DNA from: Cyanobacteriota bacterium
GTDB taxonomy: Bacteria > Cyanobacteriota > Vampirovibrionia > Gastranaerophilales > Gastranaerophilaceae
Length of the DNA: 64,000 nucleotides
Assembly: GCA_050873965.1 (NCBI GenBank)
Contig: JBNMJS010000002.1
Span: forward strand, 6,961 to 70,960
Reading direction: 5' to 3'
Below, in pieces: positions 39,295 to 49,530 of this stretch. A program made the position numbers and the translations under genes. The notes below the pieces were generated by a model that was not told the DNA's origin, ran no database searches, and saw only the letters and a program-made list of their open reading frames with translations. How positions within the stretch are numbered: position 1 is the stretch's first letter; the number at the start of each line of letters is the position of its first letter.

Positions 39295-41175
39295 CTATTG
39301 AGCTTCTCTGTTTCTTTCAACTGTTTGCATAAGTTCTTCGAAATCCTTTTCATCAAGAGTTTCTTTGTCTAGTAATGCTTTAGAAATGTATTCTAACATA
39401 TCTCTATTTTTACTTAAGATGTCTTTTGCAATTTCGTATCTTTCATCAACGATTTTCTTAACTTCTCTATCTATATCAGCAGCGATTTCTTCTGAAAAAT
39501 CTCTATTGTGTCCGAAATCTCTACCCATAAAGATATGTTCTTCTGATTTTCCATAAGTAAGATTACCCATTTTTTCGCTCATACCATAAGCAGTAACCAT
39601 TTTTCTTGCTAAGTTAGAAACTTTTTCAAGGTCATTTGATGCACCTGTCGTAACAGAATCTGGACCATAAATAAGTTCTTCTGCTACACGTCCACCCAAT
39701 GTCATTGTGATTCTATCTAATAATTGAGATTTTTTCATTGTTAAGTAATCTTTTTCAGGTAATGTCATTGTGATACCTAGTGCCATACCTCTTGGAATAA
39801 TAGAAACTTTATGTAATGGATCACAACCTTTTAGCATTGTTGCTAACAATGCGTGACCAACTTCGTGGTAGGCCGTATTTTCTTTTTCTTCATCAGAAAT
39901 GATTCTGCTTTTCTTTTCAGGACCAGCCATTACTTTATCAATTGCTTCTTCAAGATCAGGCATTTCAACTTTAGTTTTGTTATGTCTTGCTGCAAGTAAT
40001 GCTGCTTCATTCAACAAGTTTTGTAAGTCAGCACCTGTGAAACCAGGAGTTCTTTTTGCTAATACTTTTAAATCAACTTCTTCTGCTAAAGGTTTATTTT
40101 TAGCGTGAACTTTTAAAATTTGTTCTCTACCTAATACGTCAGGTTTGTTAATAACGATTTGTCTATCAAATCTTCCTGGTCTTAATAGAGCGTTATCTAA
40201 GATGTCAGGTCTGTTTGTTGCTGCAATTACAATAATGTTTGTATTTTTGTCAAAACCGTCCATTTCAACAAGTAATTGGTTAAGTGTTTGTTCTCTTTCA
40301 TCGTGTCCACCACCAAGACCGGCACCTCTTTGACGACCAACTGCATCAATTTCATCAATAAATATAATACAAGGTTGATGTTTTTTTGCTTGGTCAAACA
40401 AATCTCTAACTCTGCTAGCACCAACACCAACAAACATTTCTACGAAATCTGAACCACTTATTGAGAAGAAAGGTACACCTGCTTCTCCAGCAACTGCTTT
40501 TGCCATAAGTGTTTTACCAGTACCAGGAGCACCAACTAGAAGTACACCTTTTGGTATTTTTGCTCCAAGTTTAATATATTTCTCACTATGTTTTAAGAAA
40601 TCAACAATTTCTTCTAATTCTTTCTTTTCTTCATCAATGCCGGCAACATCATCGAATTTTGTTTTAACTTTGCTATCTAATAGCATTTTTGCTTTACTTT
40701 TACCGAAAGACATTGCTTGAGCACCACCTGATTGAATGCTTTTTGCCATAACAACCAAGAAAACAATGAATAATAATGGTAATATTAATGAACCAATCAA
40801 GCCAAGCATCTGAGTTGATTCGCTAGGCTTTTTAACACTAATGTCAACATTTGCTTTTTCTAATTTATTCATTAAATCAGCAGAATTTGGTACTAATACG
40901 TGATATTGAATTGTTGGGGCTGCAGGTTGTGTACCCATCAATGTTTCATATTTTGAAACTGGTTTCTTTGCTTCAGGTTGTTTGATTGGTGTTGCAACAA
41001 CAGAATTTCCATCTATTTGAACACTTTTGATTTCATTTGCTTGTAGTTTTTGAACAAATGTTGTATATGACAACTCTGATGTTTGGGTTGTAGAACCTGT
41101 AAATAACATCGAAACAAATGCTAAAACCATAATACCAAGTACAACGTACATACCTACTGATTGACTTTTATTCAT
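39295..41175 (-). CDS. ftsH: ATP-dependent zinc metalloprotease FtsH
   Basis: Two N-terminal TMs, Walker A GAPGTGKT, Walker [19 protein letters not shown] zinc site. Confidence 0.97.
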   Translation of the reverse strand: MNKSQSVGMYVVLGIMVLAFVSMLFTGSTTQTSELSYTTFVQKLQANEIKSVQIDGNSVVATPIKQPEAKKPVSKYETLMGTQPAAPTIQYHVLVPNSADLMNKLEKANVDISVKKPSESTQMLGLIGSLILPLLFIVFLVVMAKSIQSGGAQAMSFGKSKAKMLLDSKVKTKFDDVAGIDEEKKELEEIVDFLKHSEKYIKLGAKIPKGVLLVGAPGTGKTLMAKAVAGEAGVPFFSISGSDFVEMFVGVGASRVRDLFDQAKKHQPCIIFIDEIDAVGRQRGAGLGGGHDEREQTLNQLLVEMDGFDKNTNIIVIAATNRPDILDNALLRPGRFDRQIVINKPDVLGREQILKVHAKNKPLAEEVDLKVLAKRTPGFTGADLQNLLNEAALLAARHNKTKVEMPDLEEAIDKVMAGPEKKSRIISDEEKENTAYHEVGHALLATMLKGCDPLHKVSIIPRGMALGITMTLPEKDYLTMKKSQLLDRITMTLGGRVAEELIYGPDSVTTGASNDLEKVSNLARKMVTAYGMSEKMGNLTYGKSEEHIFMGRDFGHNRDFSEEIAADIDREVKKIVDERYEIAKDILSKNRDMLEYISKALLDKETLDEKDFEELMQTVERNREAQ

Positions 41176-41305
41176 AAATTACCTCTATTTATCTATAAAC
41201 TAATTTAAATATATTTTATATTATACAGTATAACAGAAAATATGCATGTATATAAAGATATAAAGAAAGTTTACGAATTGGTAACAATGTTAGAGTATAT
41301 AAAAA

Positions 41306-41376
41306 CTCTCGGAGATGGATTCGAACCACCGTTAAAAGAGCCAGAATCTTTCGTCCTACCACTAGACGATCCGAGA
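41306..41376 (-). tRNA. tRNA-Gln (anticodon CUG)
   Basis: Hand-folded cloverleaf on the minus strand: acceptor TCTCGGA/TCCGAGA, D-arm GTCT/GGAC, anticodon arm AAAGA-TTCTGGC-TCTTT, T-arm GGTGG-TTCGAAT-CCATC. No encoded CCA. Confidence 0.85.
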
Positions 41377-41505
41377 ATATTTGAGTTTTATAATTATATT
41401 TACACTTTAACGTAAATTGTCAATTATAGTATTTATATAGATAATAATTAGGATATTTTGTGATATATTTATATAGTTTATAAAGAAAAATAAAGAGAGG
41501 CTATT

Positions 41506-42483
41506 ATGAAATTAGGTATTTTGGGTTATGGAAACCTTGGCAGAGGCGTAGAATTAGCCGTTAAACAAAATGATGATGTTGAATTAGTTGCAGTATTTAC
41601 TCGACGTAATCCTGAAACTTTGAAAATAAATTCAGATGCAGAAGTTGTTCATGTATCAGAGTTAGAAAATTATAAATCTAAAATAGATGTTTTAATTTTG
41701 TGTGGTGGTAGTGCAACAGATTTGCCAGAACAAACACCAGAATGTGCAAAGATGTTCAATGTAATTGATAGTTTTGATACTCACGCAAAGATTCCAGAAC
41801 ATTTCGCTAATGTTGATAAATCAGCAAAAGAATCTGGAAAACTTGGTATTATTTCAGTAGGTTGGGATCCTGGAATGTTCTCTTTAAATAGATTGTATGC
41901 AAATTGTATTTTGCCAAATGGTTCTGATTATACGTTTTGGGGTAGAGGCGTAAGTCAAGGTCACTCTGATGCAATAAGAAGAATTGAAGGTGTTAAAGAT
42001 GCAAAACAATATACAGTACCTGTACAAAAAGCATTAGATGCTGTTAAAAATTGCGAAAATCCAACACTTACAACTAGTGAAAAACATACAAGAGAATGTT
42101 ATGTAGTTCTTGAAGATGGTGCAGATGCTGAACGAGTTGAAAAAGAAATTAAAACAATGCCAAATTATTTTGCAGATTATGAAACAACTGTTCATTTTAT
42201 TTCAGAAGATGAATTGAAGAAAAATCATTCAAGAATAAATCATGGTGGTTTTGTATTTAGAACTGGCAAAACTGGTGTAAATGGTGAAAATAATCATGTT
42301 ATAGAATATAATTTGAAACTTGATTCAAATCCTGAATTTACATCATCTGTACTTGTGGCTTATGCAAGGGCTGCTTACAGAATGAATAAAGAAGGACAAA
42401 CAGGTTGCAGAACAGTATTTGATGTTCCACCAGCATATTTGAGTCCAAAATCAGCAGAAGAATTAAGAAAAACAATGTTATAA
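41506..42483 (+). CDS. ddh: meso-Diaminopimelate D-dehydrogenase
   Basis: Collinear with Corynebacterium Ddh as remembered: GILGYGNLGRGVE, CGGSATDLPEQ, GWDPGMFS, FWG.G.SQGHSDA.RRI.GV. Confidence 0.85.
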   Translation: MKLGILGYGNLGRGVELAVKQNDDVELVAVFTRRNPETLKINSDAEVVHVSELENYKSKIDVLILCGGSATDLPEQTPECAKMFNVIDSFDTHAKIPEHFANVDKSAKESGKLGIISVGWDPGMFSLNRLYANCILPNGSDYTFWGRGVSQGHSDAIRRIEGVKDAKQYTVPVQKALDAVKNCENPTLTTSEKHTRECYVVLEDGADAERVEKEIKTMPNYFADYETTVHFISEDELKKNHSRINHGGFVFRTGKTGVNGENNHVIEYNLKLDSNPEFTSSVLVAYARAAYRMNKEGQTGCRTVFDVPPAYLSPKSAEELRKTML

Positions 42484-42504
42484 TATATCGTTTGATATAT
42501 ATTT

Positions 42505-42543
42505 AAAAAGAGGTCTAACAAATAAGTTAGACCTCTTTTTTTA
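42505..42543. terminator. Bidirectional Rho-independent terminator
   Basis: 11-bp stem AGAGGTCTAAC / GTTAGACCTCT with an A-run on the left and a T-run on the right, between convergent genes. Confidence 0.65.
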
Positions 42544-42564
42544 TATCTGTTATGTATGCCTAAC

Positions 42565-43014
42565 CTACAAAAGATGCATTTTATTTTTCCATTCTGACAA
42601 TACGGGGTAATCCCAATTTAATTTGAATACCTCAAAATTTTTGATTTGTTCTTTATATTTGTCTGCTGTTTTTGCAATACGTTTTATAAAATGCATTTTT
42701 GACTCAACAATTGGAAACTGTTTATATTCTGTTTTTAAATTTTTAATTCTGTAAGGACAAAAAAATGAAGCGTTGAGAGTTCGTCCATTTTTAGAATCTA
42801 ACAAGATGTGAACAGAATTATTTTCTTGATTTTTAGTAATGCTAGATAATGTTTCTATTTGTTTTGCATTAAGACTCTTTAGTAAAAGTCCTTGTACCTT
42901 TGGATTTGTCACATGCAACCCTTTAAATGATTGTGATGAGTTTGAATTGCTTGTATAACTTACTTTTTGGATATTCATAGAATGAATTATATATAAAAAT
43001 AACTTGTTCTTCAA
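42565..43014 (-). CDS. Orphan protein (137-149 aa)
   Basis: ORF with a TTG start at 43014 or ATG at 42978 (MNIQKVSYTSNSNSSQSFKG...). No recognisable domain. Confidence 0.5.
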   Translation of the reverse strand: MKNKLFLYIIHSMNIQKVSYTSNSNSSQSFKGLHVTNPKVQGLLLKSLNAKQIETLSSITKNQENNSVHILLDSKNGRTLNASFFCPYRIKNLKTEYKQFPIVESKMHFIKRIAKTADKYKEQIKNFEVFKLNWDYPVLSEWKNKMHLL

Positions 43015-43037
43015 TTGTTTTAAGTGACATTTAATAA

Positions 43038-43066
43038 TGAAAAAAGTCGGTGCTATACCGACTTTT
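43038..43066 (-). terminator. Terminator downstream of tRNA-Asn
   Basis: On the minus strand, AGTCGGT-loop-ACCGACT is followed by a T-run. Confidence 0.5.
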
Positions 43067-43088
43067 CTAAAATTCGCAAAAAAAAATA

Positions 43089-43160
43089 CTCCCCAGGTTG
43101 GGCTCGAACCAACAACCTACCGGTTAACAGCCGGTTGCTCCACCATTGAGCTACTGAGGA
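43089..43160 (-). tRNA. tRNA-Asn (anticodon GUU)
   Basis: Hand-folded on the minus strand: acceptor TCCTCAG/CTGGGGA, D-arm GCTC-AATGGTG-GAGC, anticodon arm ACCGG-CTGTTAA-CCGGT, T-arm GTTGG-TTCGAGC-CCAAC. Confidence 0.9.
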
Positions 43161-43381
43161 ATATCTCTATACTTCTATGTTATCAAAAAATAATTTTTTG
43201 TAAAGTGATTTTTTTAAAATTTTTAAACTTTTTTCTGAATATCCCATTTTTACTAGGTTTTATATCTTTGATTTGACTTGAAAATGCTTTTAAGTTATCT
43301 TATTTTTGAGCTCATATTATATATTTTTAGTTTTGTGAGCATGTGATAAATAGATTTGAAAAGAAAGTTTAGGGAAGAGAT

Positions 43382-44467
43382 ATGGATTTTATCGGTTTAA
43401 CTATAAAAATTTTAAAGATGTTATCAGAAATTGCTGGTAGTTATGGTTTAGGTATTATTTTATTAACAGTTATTGTTAGAATGGCAATGTGGCCATTAAG
43501 TGTTTCTCAACAACGTTCAATGAAACAAATGCAAACACTTCAACCACGAATGAAAGCCATTCAAGAACGTTACAAAAATGATCCTCAAACTATGCAACGC
43601 AAGATGATGGAATTCTATAAGGAACATAATTTTAACCCTATGTCTGGTTGTTTTCCTTTATTAATTCAAATGCCAATTTTCATCTTGTTGTATTCATCTT
43701 TAATGAGTCCACAATTTATTCAAATGGCAGGAAGTGCTCCTTTTTTGTTCGTAAACAGTTTAGATTCAACACTTAGAACAAATGCTGGTATTTCAAAAGA
43801 TGGTGTTATGGGTGTTTCTTCAACTGCAAAATTCATGACTGGCAAATCTGCTGTTGTATATTTGAAAAATGAAACTCTTAAAAATGTTAAAATTGATAAA
43901 CCAAATGATGCAGTTGCAATTCAAGGTTCTTTGACTCCTGGTCAACCTCTTGATTTGAAAATGAATATTGATAGTTTAAAAGATTTGAAATTTAGTCAAT
44001 TAGATAAGAATCAAAAAGCAGATGTTGAAGTTACAAACGTAATGACTAAGGAAACTGAACTTATCACATTTGAAAGACAAGGCTTCTTGTTAACAGCAAC
44101 TGTTCCGACAAAGGTTGTTAAATCACAATTCCATTTTGATGTATTAGCATTGATTTTATTATTTGGTTTAACAATGGTATTTACTCAAAAGGCAATGATG
44201 GCTATGAATAAAGGTCAAGAAATTGATCCATCGCAAGCAGCAATGCAAAAATCAATGAACATGTTCATGCCAATTATGTTGTGTGGTACATTCGTTCTTA
44301 TTCCAATTCCTGCAGGTGTATTGTTATACTTGATTTCAAGCAACATTGTTCAAATTATTCAAACAATTTTAATTAACAAAAAACTTGATATAGAATTTGC
44401 TGATAAAAAAGCAAAAGTATCTGACGAAGAAGTTGCTGATGCAAAACAAATTCAAGCAAAGGAATAG
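43382..44467 (+). CDS. yidC: Membrane protein insertase YidC (short type) with ~120-aa loop insertion
   Basis: LGIILLTVIVRMAMWPL, the C1 coiled coil (QP.MKAIQERYK.DPQ....M.EFYKEH.FNP) and GCFPLLIQMPIFILLY. An extra segment lies between FLFVNSLDS and the next TM. Confidence 0.9.
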   Translation: MDFIGLTIKILKMLSEIAGSYGLGIILLTVIVRMAMWPLSVSQQRSMKQMQTLQPRMKAIQERYKNDPQTMQRKMMEFYKEHNFNPMSGCFPLLIQMPIFILLYSSLMSPQFIQMAGSAPFLFVNSLDSTLRTNAGISKDGVMGVSSTAKFMTGKSAVVYLKNETLKNVKIDKPNDAVAIQGSLTPGQPLDLKMNIDSLKDLKFSQLDKNQKADVEVTNVMTKETELITFERQGFLLTATVPTKVVKSQFHFDVLALILLFGLTMVFTQKAMMAMNKGQEIDPSQAAMQKSMNMFMPIMLCGTFVLIPIPAGVLLYLISSNIVQIIQTILINKKLDIEFADKKAKVSDEEVADAKQIQAKE

Positions 44468-44469
44468 TC

Positions 44470-45528
44470 ATGGTTGATGTTTTAAAATTATCTGATTTTG
44501 ATTATGAATTGCCGGAAGAATTGATTGCACAAACACCATCTCAAAAAAGAGATTATTCAAAGATGATGGTATTGCACCCAGAAACAGGTGAAATAGAGCA
44601 TAAGCATTTCTTTGATATTGTAGATTATTTAGACGAAAATTGTGTCTTGATTTTGAATAATACAAAGGTTATTCCTGCAAGATTGTACGGTCATAAAGAT
44701 ACTGGTGCTAAGATTGAAATTTTCTTGCTTAAACAAAAAGAAAATAAATGTTGGGAAGTTTTAATCAAACCATCAAAACGTGTAAAAATCGGAACAAAAA
44801 TTACAATATCAGAAAAACTTTCAGCAACTGTTGTTGAGCCATTGGAAGATGACGGCAAGTGGCTTGTTCAACTTGATTATGAAGGTGATATTTATGGTGT
44901 ATTATCAGAAGTTGGAAATGTTCCATTACCACCATATATTGAACGTAAGATGTCATCAGAAGAATTGAAAAAATTAGATTATGAACGTTATCAAACCGTT
45001 TATGCTAAAAATGAGGGTTCTGTAGCAGCACCAACTGCTGGTTTGCATTTTACAACAGAGATATTAGACAAGCTTAGAAACAAAGGTGTTGAAATTGGCT
45101 TTGTTACATTAAATGTTGGTTTGGGTACGTTTAGGCCAGTTAAATGTGAAAATGTTTTAGAACACAAGATGGATTCTGAAGCGTATCATATTTCTAAAGA
45201 AACTGCTGAATTGATAAATAGAGCAAAAAAAGAAGGCAAAAAGATTGTTGCTGTTGGTACAACAACTGTAAGAACGTTAGAATCAGCATATAAAGAATTT
45301 GGAGAGATAAAAGAGTGTAGTTCATCATCAACATTATTTATTTATCCACCTTATGAATTTAAGGTGATTGATAGATTGATTACGAATTTTCATTTGCCAA
45401 AATCAACATTATTGATGCTTGTTTCAGCATTAGCTGGAAAAGAATGCATATTTAATGCATATCATTCAGCAATAGAAAACAAATACAGATTTTACAGTTA
45501 TGGCGACTGTATGTTTATAGATAAATAG
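44470..45528 (+). CDS. queA: S-adenosylmethionine:tRNA ribosyltransferase-isomerase
   Basis: LSDFDYELPEELIAQ.P N-terminus, PLPPYI, AAPTAGLHFT, VGTT..R.LES. Confidence 0.95.
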   Translation: MVDVLKLSDFDYELPEELIAQTPSQKRDYSKMMVLHPETGEIEHKHFFDIVDYLDENCVLILNNTKVIPARLYGHKDTGAKIEIFLLKQKENKCWEVLIKPSKRVKIGTKITISEKLSATVVEPLEDDGKWLVQLDYEGDIYGVLSEVGNVPLPPYIERKMSSEELKKLDYERYQTVYAKNEGSVAAPTAGLHFTTEILDKLRNKGVEIGFVTLNVGLGTFRPVKCENVLEHKMDSEAYHISKETAELINRAKKEGKKIVAVGTTTVRTLESAYKEFGEIKECSSSSTLFIYPPYEFKVIDRLITNFHLPKSTLLMLVSALAGKECIFNAYHSAIENKYRFYSYGDCMFIDK

Positions 45529-45530
45529 TT

Positions 45531-46850
45531 ATGAAGATTTTTGAGAAAAAATATATACAAGAGTTATTTCAATTAGCACTACCGATAATCATGGGAAATT
45601 TGGGCATGATTTTGTTGGGTGCAGTAGATTGTTTTGTTGGTGGACGTTATTCAACATCTGCACTAGCAGCAATTAGTATTGCAACATCAATACATGCAAC
45701 AGTTATGATGTTTGGCATGGGATTGACTGTTAGCATTTCACCATTGTTGTCAAATTATAGAGGTGCAAAGATTGGAACTAAAAAATATTTTTATCCAACC
45801 GTAAAATTTGCTTTGATAATGGCAACCGTTTTGATGTTCGCAACATTTGCTTATATTCCATTATTGAAGTATTTGGGATATGAACCAAACTTGTTGAAAG
45901 ATATTCAAAAATTTACGTTTATCTTGGCTTTTTCAACTTTTGGGGCAGAATTAAATGTTGCATTGAAAGAGTTTTTACAGTCTTATGAAATCGTTTTTGT
46001 TCCGAATTTTTTGATGATATTATCTGTATTTTTAAACTTATATTTGAATTGTATATTTGTATTTGGTTGCTATGGATTTCCTGCAATGGGTGTAGCAGGT
46101 ATTGCACTTGCGACAACATTTGTTAGAACTGCTATAGCATTGGCTTTATTAGGATATTGTTTATGGAAATTTAATTTTTCATCGTTTAAGGATACAAATT
46201 ATTATAAACAAATATTTAAGATAGGTATTCCAATTTCAGCAGCGATTATGATTGAATTCTTAGCATTTAATTATATAGCAATTGTTTTAGGTCGTGTGTC
46301 TGGTGCTTATGCAGCTGCTCATAATATTATTTTGGTAATCAGTAGTACAATGTTTATGATACCAATGGGTATATCGAATGCACTTGCCGTTAAAATAGGA
46401 TATGCAAATGGAGCAAAGAATTATACTGAATTGGTTAAATATATCAAAAATGGTGTTGGCGTAACATTGTCATTTATGACTTTTTCAGCATTAGTTTTAT
46501 CAATATTCCCAACTCAATTAGCATCAATATTTACAACAGATAAAAGTTTAGTTACTTTGATTACGCCTGTAATGGTATTGGTTGCAGCATTCCAATTGTC
46601 TGATGGTTTGCAATCTGCTCTTGGTGGTATATATAAAGGGCTTAAAAAAACAGGTTTTGTAATGGGGGCAAATGTGATTGCTTATTTATTGATAAGCGTA
46701 ACATTAGGCACATATTTAGGCATTGTGCGTAAGATGTACTTATTTGGTTGTTGGTCTGCTCTATGTATATCTTCTTTCTTGTTGAGTGTGATACTTGCAA
46801 CGTGTTTGGTATTTATTCTTAAACGATTAAAGAAAAAATATCTAAATTAG
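45531..46850 (+). CDS. MATE-family efflux transporter
   Basis: 439 aa with 12 TM segments. The N-terminus ...LALPIIMGNLGMILLGAVD is typical of MATE/NorM. Confidence 0.9.
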   Translation: MKIFEKKYIQELFQLALPIIMGNLGMILLGAVDCFVGGRYSTSALAAISIATSIHATVMMFGMGLTVSISPLLSNYRGAKIGTKKYFYPTVKFALIMATVLMFATFAYIPLLKYLGYEPNLLKDIQKFTFILAFSTFGAELNVALKEFLQSYEIVFVPNFLMILSVFLNLYLNCIFVFGCYGFPAMGVAGIALATTFVRTAIALALLGYCLWKFNFSSFKDTNYYKQIFKIGIPISAAIMIEFLAFNYIAIVLGRVSGAYAAAHNIILVISSTMFMIPMGISNALAVKIGYANGAKNYTELVKYIKNGVGVTLSFMTFSALVLSIFPTQLASIFTTDKSLVTLITPVMVLVAAFQLSDGLQSALGGIYKGLKKTGFVMGANVIAYLLISVTLGTYLGIVRKMYLFGCWSALCISSFLLSVILATCLVFILKRLKKKYLN

Positions 46851-48160
46851 AAACCAAGAGGGTGGTCGTTAGCGTATTGCATAGCCCTTTTTAAGGCTGC
46901 AAATTTTTCTCCGACATCGCTAACACGTTCTTTGAAGGTTCTTGGTGCAATTTCAAGTTTTTCTGGACTATAAACAATTAGTTGTGATTGTTTTTTACCA
47001 ATTGCTTCATTTATATTCGGTGTGAAATCAAATAAACCACCACCGCCTTTTACTCCTTTTGGAATGTATGCAGCATCATATCCAGCCTGTTTAAAGATTT
47101 TTTCTGTTAAGCATTCAATCATTGCATTCTTTTTGCCAGCACCAAGATTTTTAAGTTCTTCTGCTGTCATTCTTTCTGAAAGAAATGAGTTAAGAGTATT
47201 GAAAAATGCTTTATGACTTTTTTCTGTTACTAATGCAATCTTAGCATCTTGTTGCATTTGAACAGGTATAATATTCCCAAATAAACCTGAAAAATAAGAT
47301 GCTACACCTATATCTGGAGTTACATAAACACCTGCTCCTAGTTCTCTAGCAGCAGTTTCTATTTGATTGCTGGCATGGTTTGTAAAACCATTATTATATA
47401 CTTTTCTAGCTTTTTTTGTTCCATGAAAGAATGTCCCATCTTGAGGAAGAATATCTCTAGGACATTCTGTTATATTTGGTTTTAATTGTAGATTATGTGT
47501 ATCATCTAATCTAAACATTAATGTACTGCGATCGTAGTCTATACCATCTTGTTTATCAAAGAATGATTTAATTTGATTTATACGTTCTTCATTCGTTTTT
47601 GTAAACTCTGAGGCTTTTTTTGAACTATCAATATTTTTGCCTTGTGCTAATTCTTGTTCAATGTTTGTTGTATATTTGTTTAATTCTAGTTTTAATTCTT
47701 TTAAAGCTTTTGCTGTATCTTTATCAGGTGTAAGATTGTGTTCTTGTATATATCTTTCAATATCTGCAAGGTTTTGATGTGCTGCTGATTTGTATTCAAC
47801 AGGTTTAAAAAGTGTTAAGAAATCGTTGATGGTAGTCTTAAATGTACCTTCTTTATGAAGCAATTCATCTGCTAATTTATTACCTTCTCTGTAGATTTCA
47901 TTTGTAAATTCTGAATTTCCTTTTAGGACTTTTGCTGCTTTTGCAGGATTTCGTCCAATCATTACAGCAAGTGCAACGGCACTACTGGCAGTACCAATTG
48001 CAGTTGCAATCAAAGCACGCTTTTTGATGTCTTTTTTAGATGCAAAAAACTTAATAGTATCTTGTTTTAGACCTGTATCATTAGGTTTTATTTCACCAGT
48101 TTTTTGTGGTTCAATATTTGCCGTCGTGTTGGTTGATGTAATTTTAGAAATTTCTGTCAT
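46847..48160 (-). CDS. Membrane-anchored orphan protein, C-terminal PARP-like (H-Y-Q) ADP-ribosyltransferase-type domain (paralogue A)
   Basis: 437-aa ORF with a polar leader, one TM (ALIATAIGTASSAVALAVMIG) and a helical linker. Domain motifs are FFHGTKKARKVYNNGF, ELGAGVYVTPDIGVASYF, PKGVKGGGG and QLIVYSPEKLEI. The fold assignment comes from motif reading only. Confidence 0.7.
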   Translation of the reverse strand: MTEISKITSTNTTANIEPQKTGEIKPNDTGLKQDTIKFFASKKDIKKRALIATAIGTASSAVALAVMIGRNPAKAAKVLKGNSEFTNEIYREGNKLADELLHKEGTFKTTINDFLTLFKPVEYKSAAHQNLADIERYIQEHNLTPDKDTAKALKELKLELNKYTTNIEQELAQGKNIDSSKKASEFTKTNEERINQIKSFFDKQDGIDYDRSTLMFRLDDTHNLQLKPNITECPRDILPQDGTFFHGTKKARKVYNNGFTNHASNQIETAARELGAGVYVTPDIGVASYFSGLFGNIIPVQMQQDAKIALVTEKSHKAFFNTLNSFLSERMTAEELKNLGAGKKNAMIECLTEKIFKQAGYDAAYIPKGVKGGGGLFDFTPNINEAIGKKQSQLIVYSPEKLEIAPRTFKERVSDVGEKFAALKRAMQYANDHPLGF

Positions 48161-48228
48161 ATATGAATAAAGGTTTTTTAGTACAAAAATTTGCGTATTT
48201 TGAAAAAATTTGTTAAAAAGTTTAATAT

Positions 48229-49530
48229 TTATGCATGTGAATTGTGAAATCTATAAATAAAAGAGTCGAATTTTTCTTTTAAATCACTAACACGTTCTTT
48301 GAATGTTCTAGGTGCTATTTCAAGTTTTTCTGGTGTAAAAATGACTACTTGTCGTTGTTTTGCACCTATTACTTGATTCATATCTGTATTGAATAAATTT
48401 GATAAACCACCATCACTTTTTACACCTTTGGGTAAATATGCTGCATCGTAACCTGCTTTTTGAAAAACTTTTTGAATTAGACATTCTTTTGTAGCATTTT
48501 GAATTTCGACTGGTAATTTTTTGAATTCTTTTAGAGGATAACGTTCATTGACAAACGGTAGTAATCGTTTATGTAAATCTCTATGACTTTGCTCTGTGAC
48601 AAGTGCAATTTTAGAGTCTTTTGTTAGTTTAATAGGAATAATATCACCATTCAAACCAGAAAAGTGTGCAGCAACTCTTACATCTGGTGTGACATATACT
48701 CCAGCACCAAGTTCTCGTTGTTCTCTACTCAACTGATTACTTGTATAACTATTAAATCCTGTAGCATATACTTTATCAGCCTTTTTTGTTCCGTGATAAA
48801 AAATTCCATTTGTAGGAAGTGCGTTTTGTGGACACTCTGATATATATGATTTCAATTGACTTCTCATTGCTGCATTTGAAGGTTTGAATTTCATTTGTAA
48901 TTCTTTGCTATCAGTCAAATTCTTTTCTAAAAAATTATTGATAGTTGTCAAATATGGTTTACTTACTCGAGAAAATAGTTCTTGTCGTTTCTTTTCATTA
49001 ACTTGATTACCTTTTAAAAGTTCTTGTTCTACTGTATTGCAGTGTCTATTTAAAGTTTGTTTCAATAGTTTAAAAGCACGTATCGTGTTTTTATCTTGTG
49101 CAATGTTGTTCTCTGCTAGGATACTTTCTGTTTGAGCAATATCAGCGTGTAAACCTGTTTTGAATGTAGGTTTTTCGAATATTTTTAATACTGTTGGTAA
49201 ATTTATTTTGTAGTTACCTGTCTTATTTAAGATATTGTCTGCAATTCTATTACCTTCTTCATAGGCTTTGTTTAAGAAGGTAGAATTTCCGTGCAAAACT
49301 TTTGCCATTTTTGCAGGGTTGCGCCCTATCATTATTCCTAATGATAGAGAACTTAGCGTTAGACCAGTTGATGCAGTTATAAGTACAGCATTCTTTTTAT
49401 ATTTTTCCTTTGTTGATAACTCTAGTTTGTCGTGTTCAAACTTTAATGGATGAGTACTTATGTTTTTTTGTTTGGTTGAACTGTTTAATTTGGTCGAAAC
49501 TGTAGGTAATATTCTTGAGATTTCAGTCAT
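48229..49530 (-). CDS. Membrane-anchored orphan protein, PARP-like domain (paralogue B)
   Basis: Paralogue of the preceding gene. ATG 49530 (MTEISRIL...) matches the MTEISKIT start of its neighbour. Motifs are FYHGTKKADKVYATGF, ELGAGVYVTPDVRVAAHF, PKGVKSDGG and QVVIFTPEKLEI. Confidence 0.7.
   Translation of the reverse strand: MTEISRILPTVSTKLNSSTKQKNISTHPLKFEHDKLELSTKEKYKKNAVLITASTGLTLSSLSLGIMIGRNPAKMAKVLHGNSTFLNKAYEEGNRIADNILNKTGNYKINLPTVLKIFEKPTFKTGLHADIAQTESILAENNIAQDKNTIRAFKLLKQTLNRHCNTVEQELLKGNQVNEKKRQELFSRVSKPYLTTINNFLEKNLTDSKELQMKFKPSNAAMRSQLKSYISECPQNALPTNGIFYHGTKKADKVYATGFNSYTSNQLSREQRELGAGVYVTPDVRVAAHFSGLNGDIIPIKLTKDSKIALVTEQSHRDLHKRLLPFVNERYPLKEFKKLPVEIQNATKECLIQKVFQKAGYDAAYLPKGVKSDGGLSNLFNTDMNQVIGAKQRQVVIFTPEKLEIAPRTFKERVSDLKEKFDSFIYRFHNSHA

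Noticed and set aside
43037-43276. 79-aa ORF in the six-frame track
   Set aside because: It is antisense to, and overlaps, the hand-folded tRNA-Asn (43089-43160) and its terminator. Its product is low-complexity, so I judge it spurious.
41176-43381. The region with two tRNAs as a genomic-island integration site
   Set aside because: I saw no integrase, recombinase or phage gene, and no direct repeat of either tRNA 3' end. The genes between the tRNAs are ddh (housekeeping) and one small orphan.
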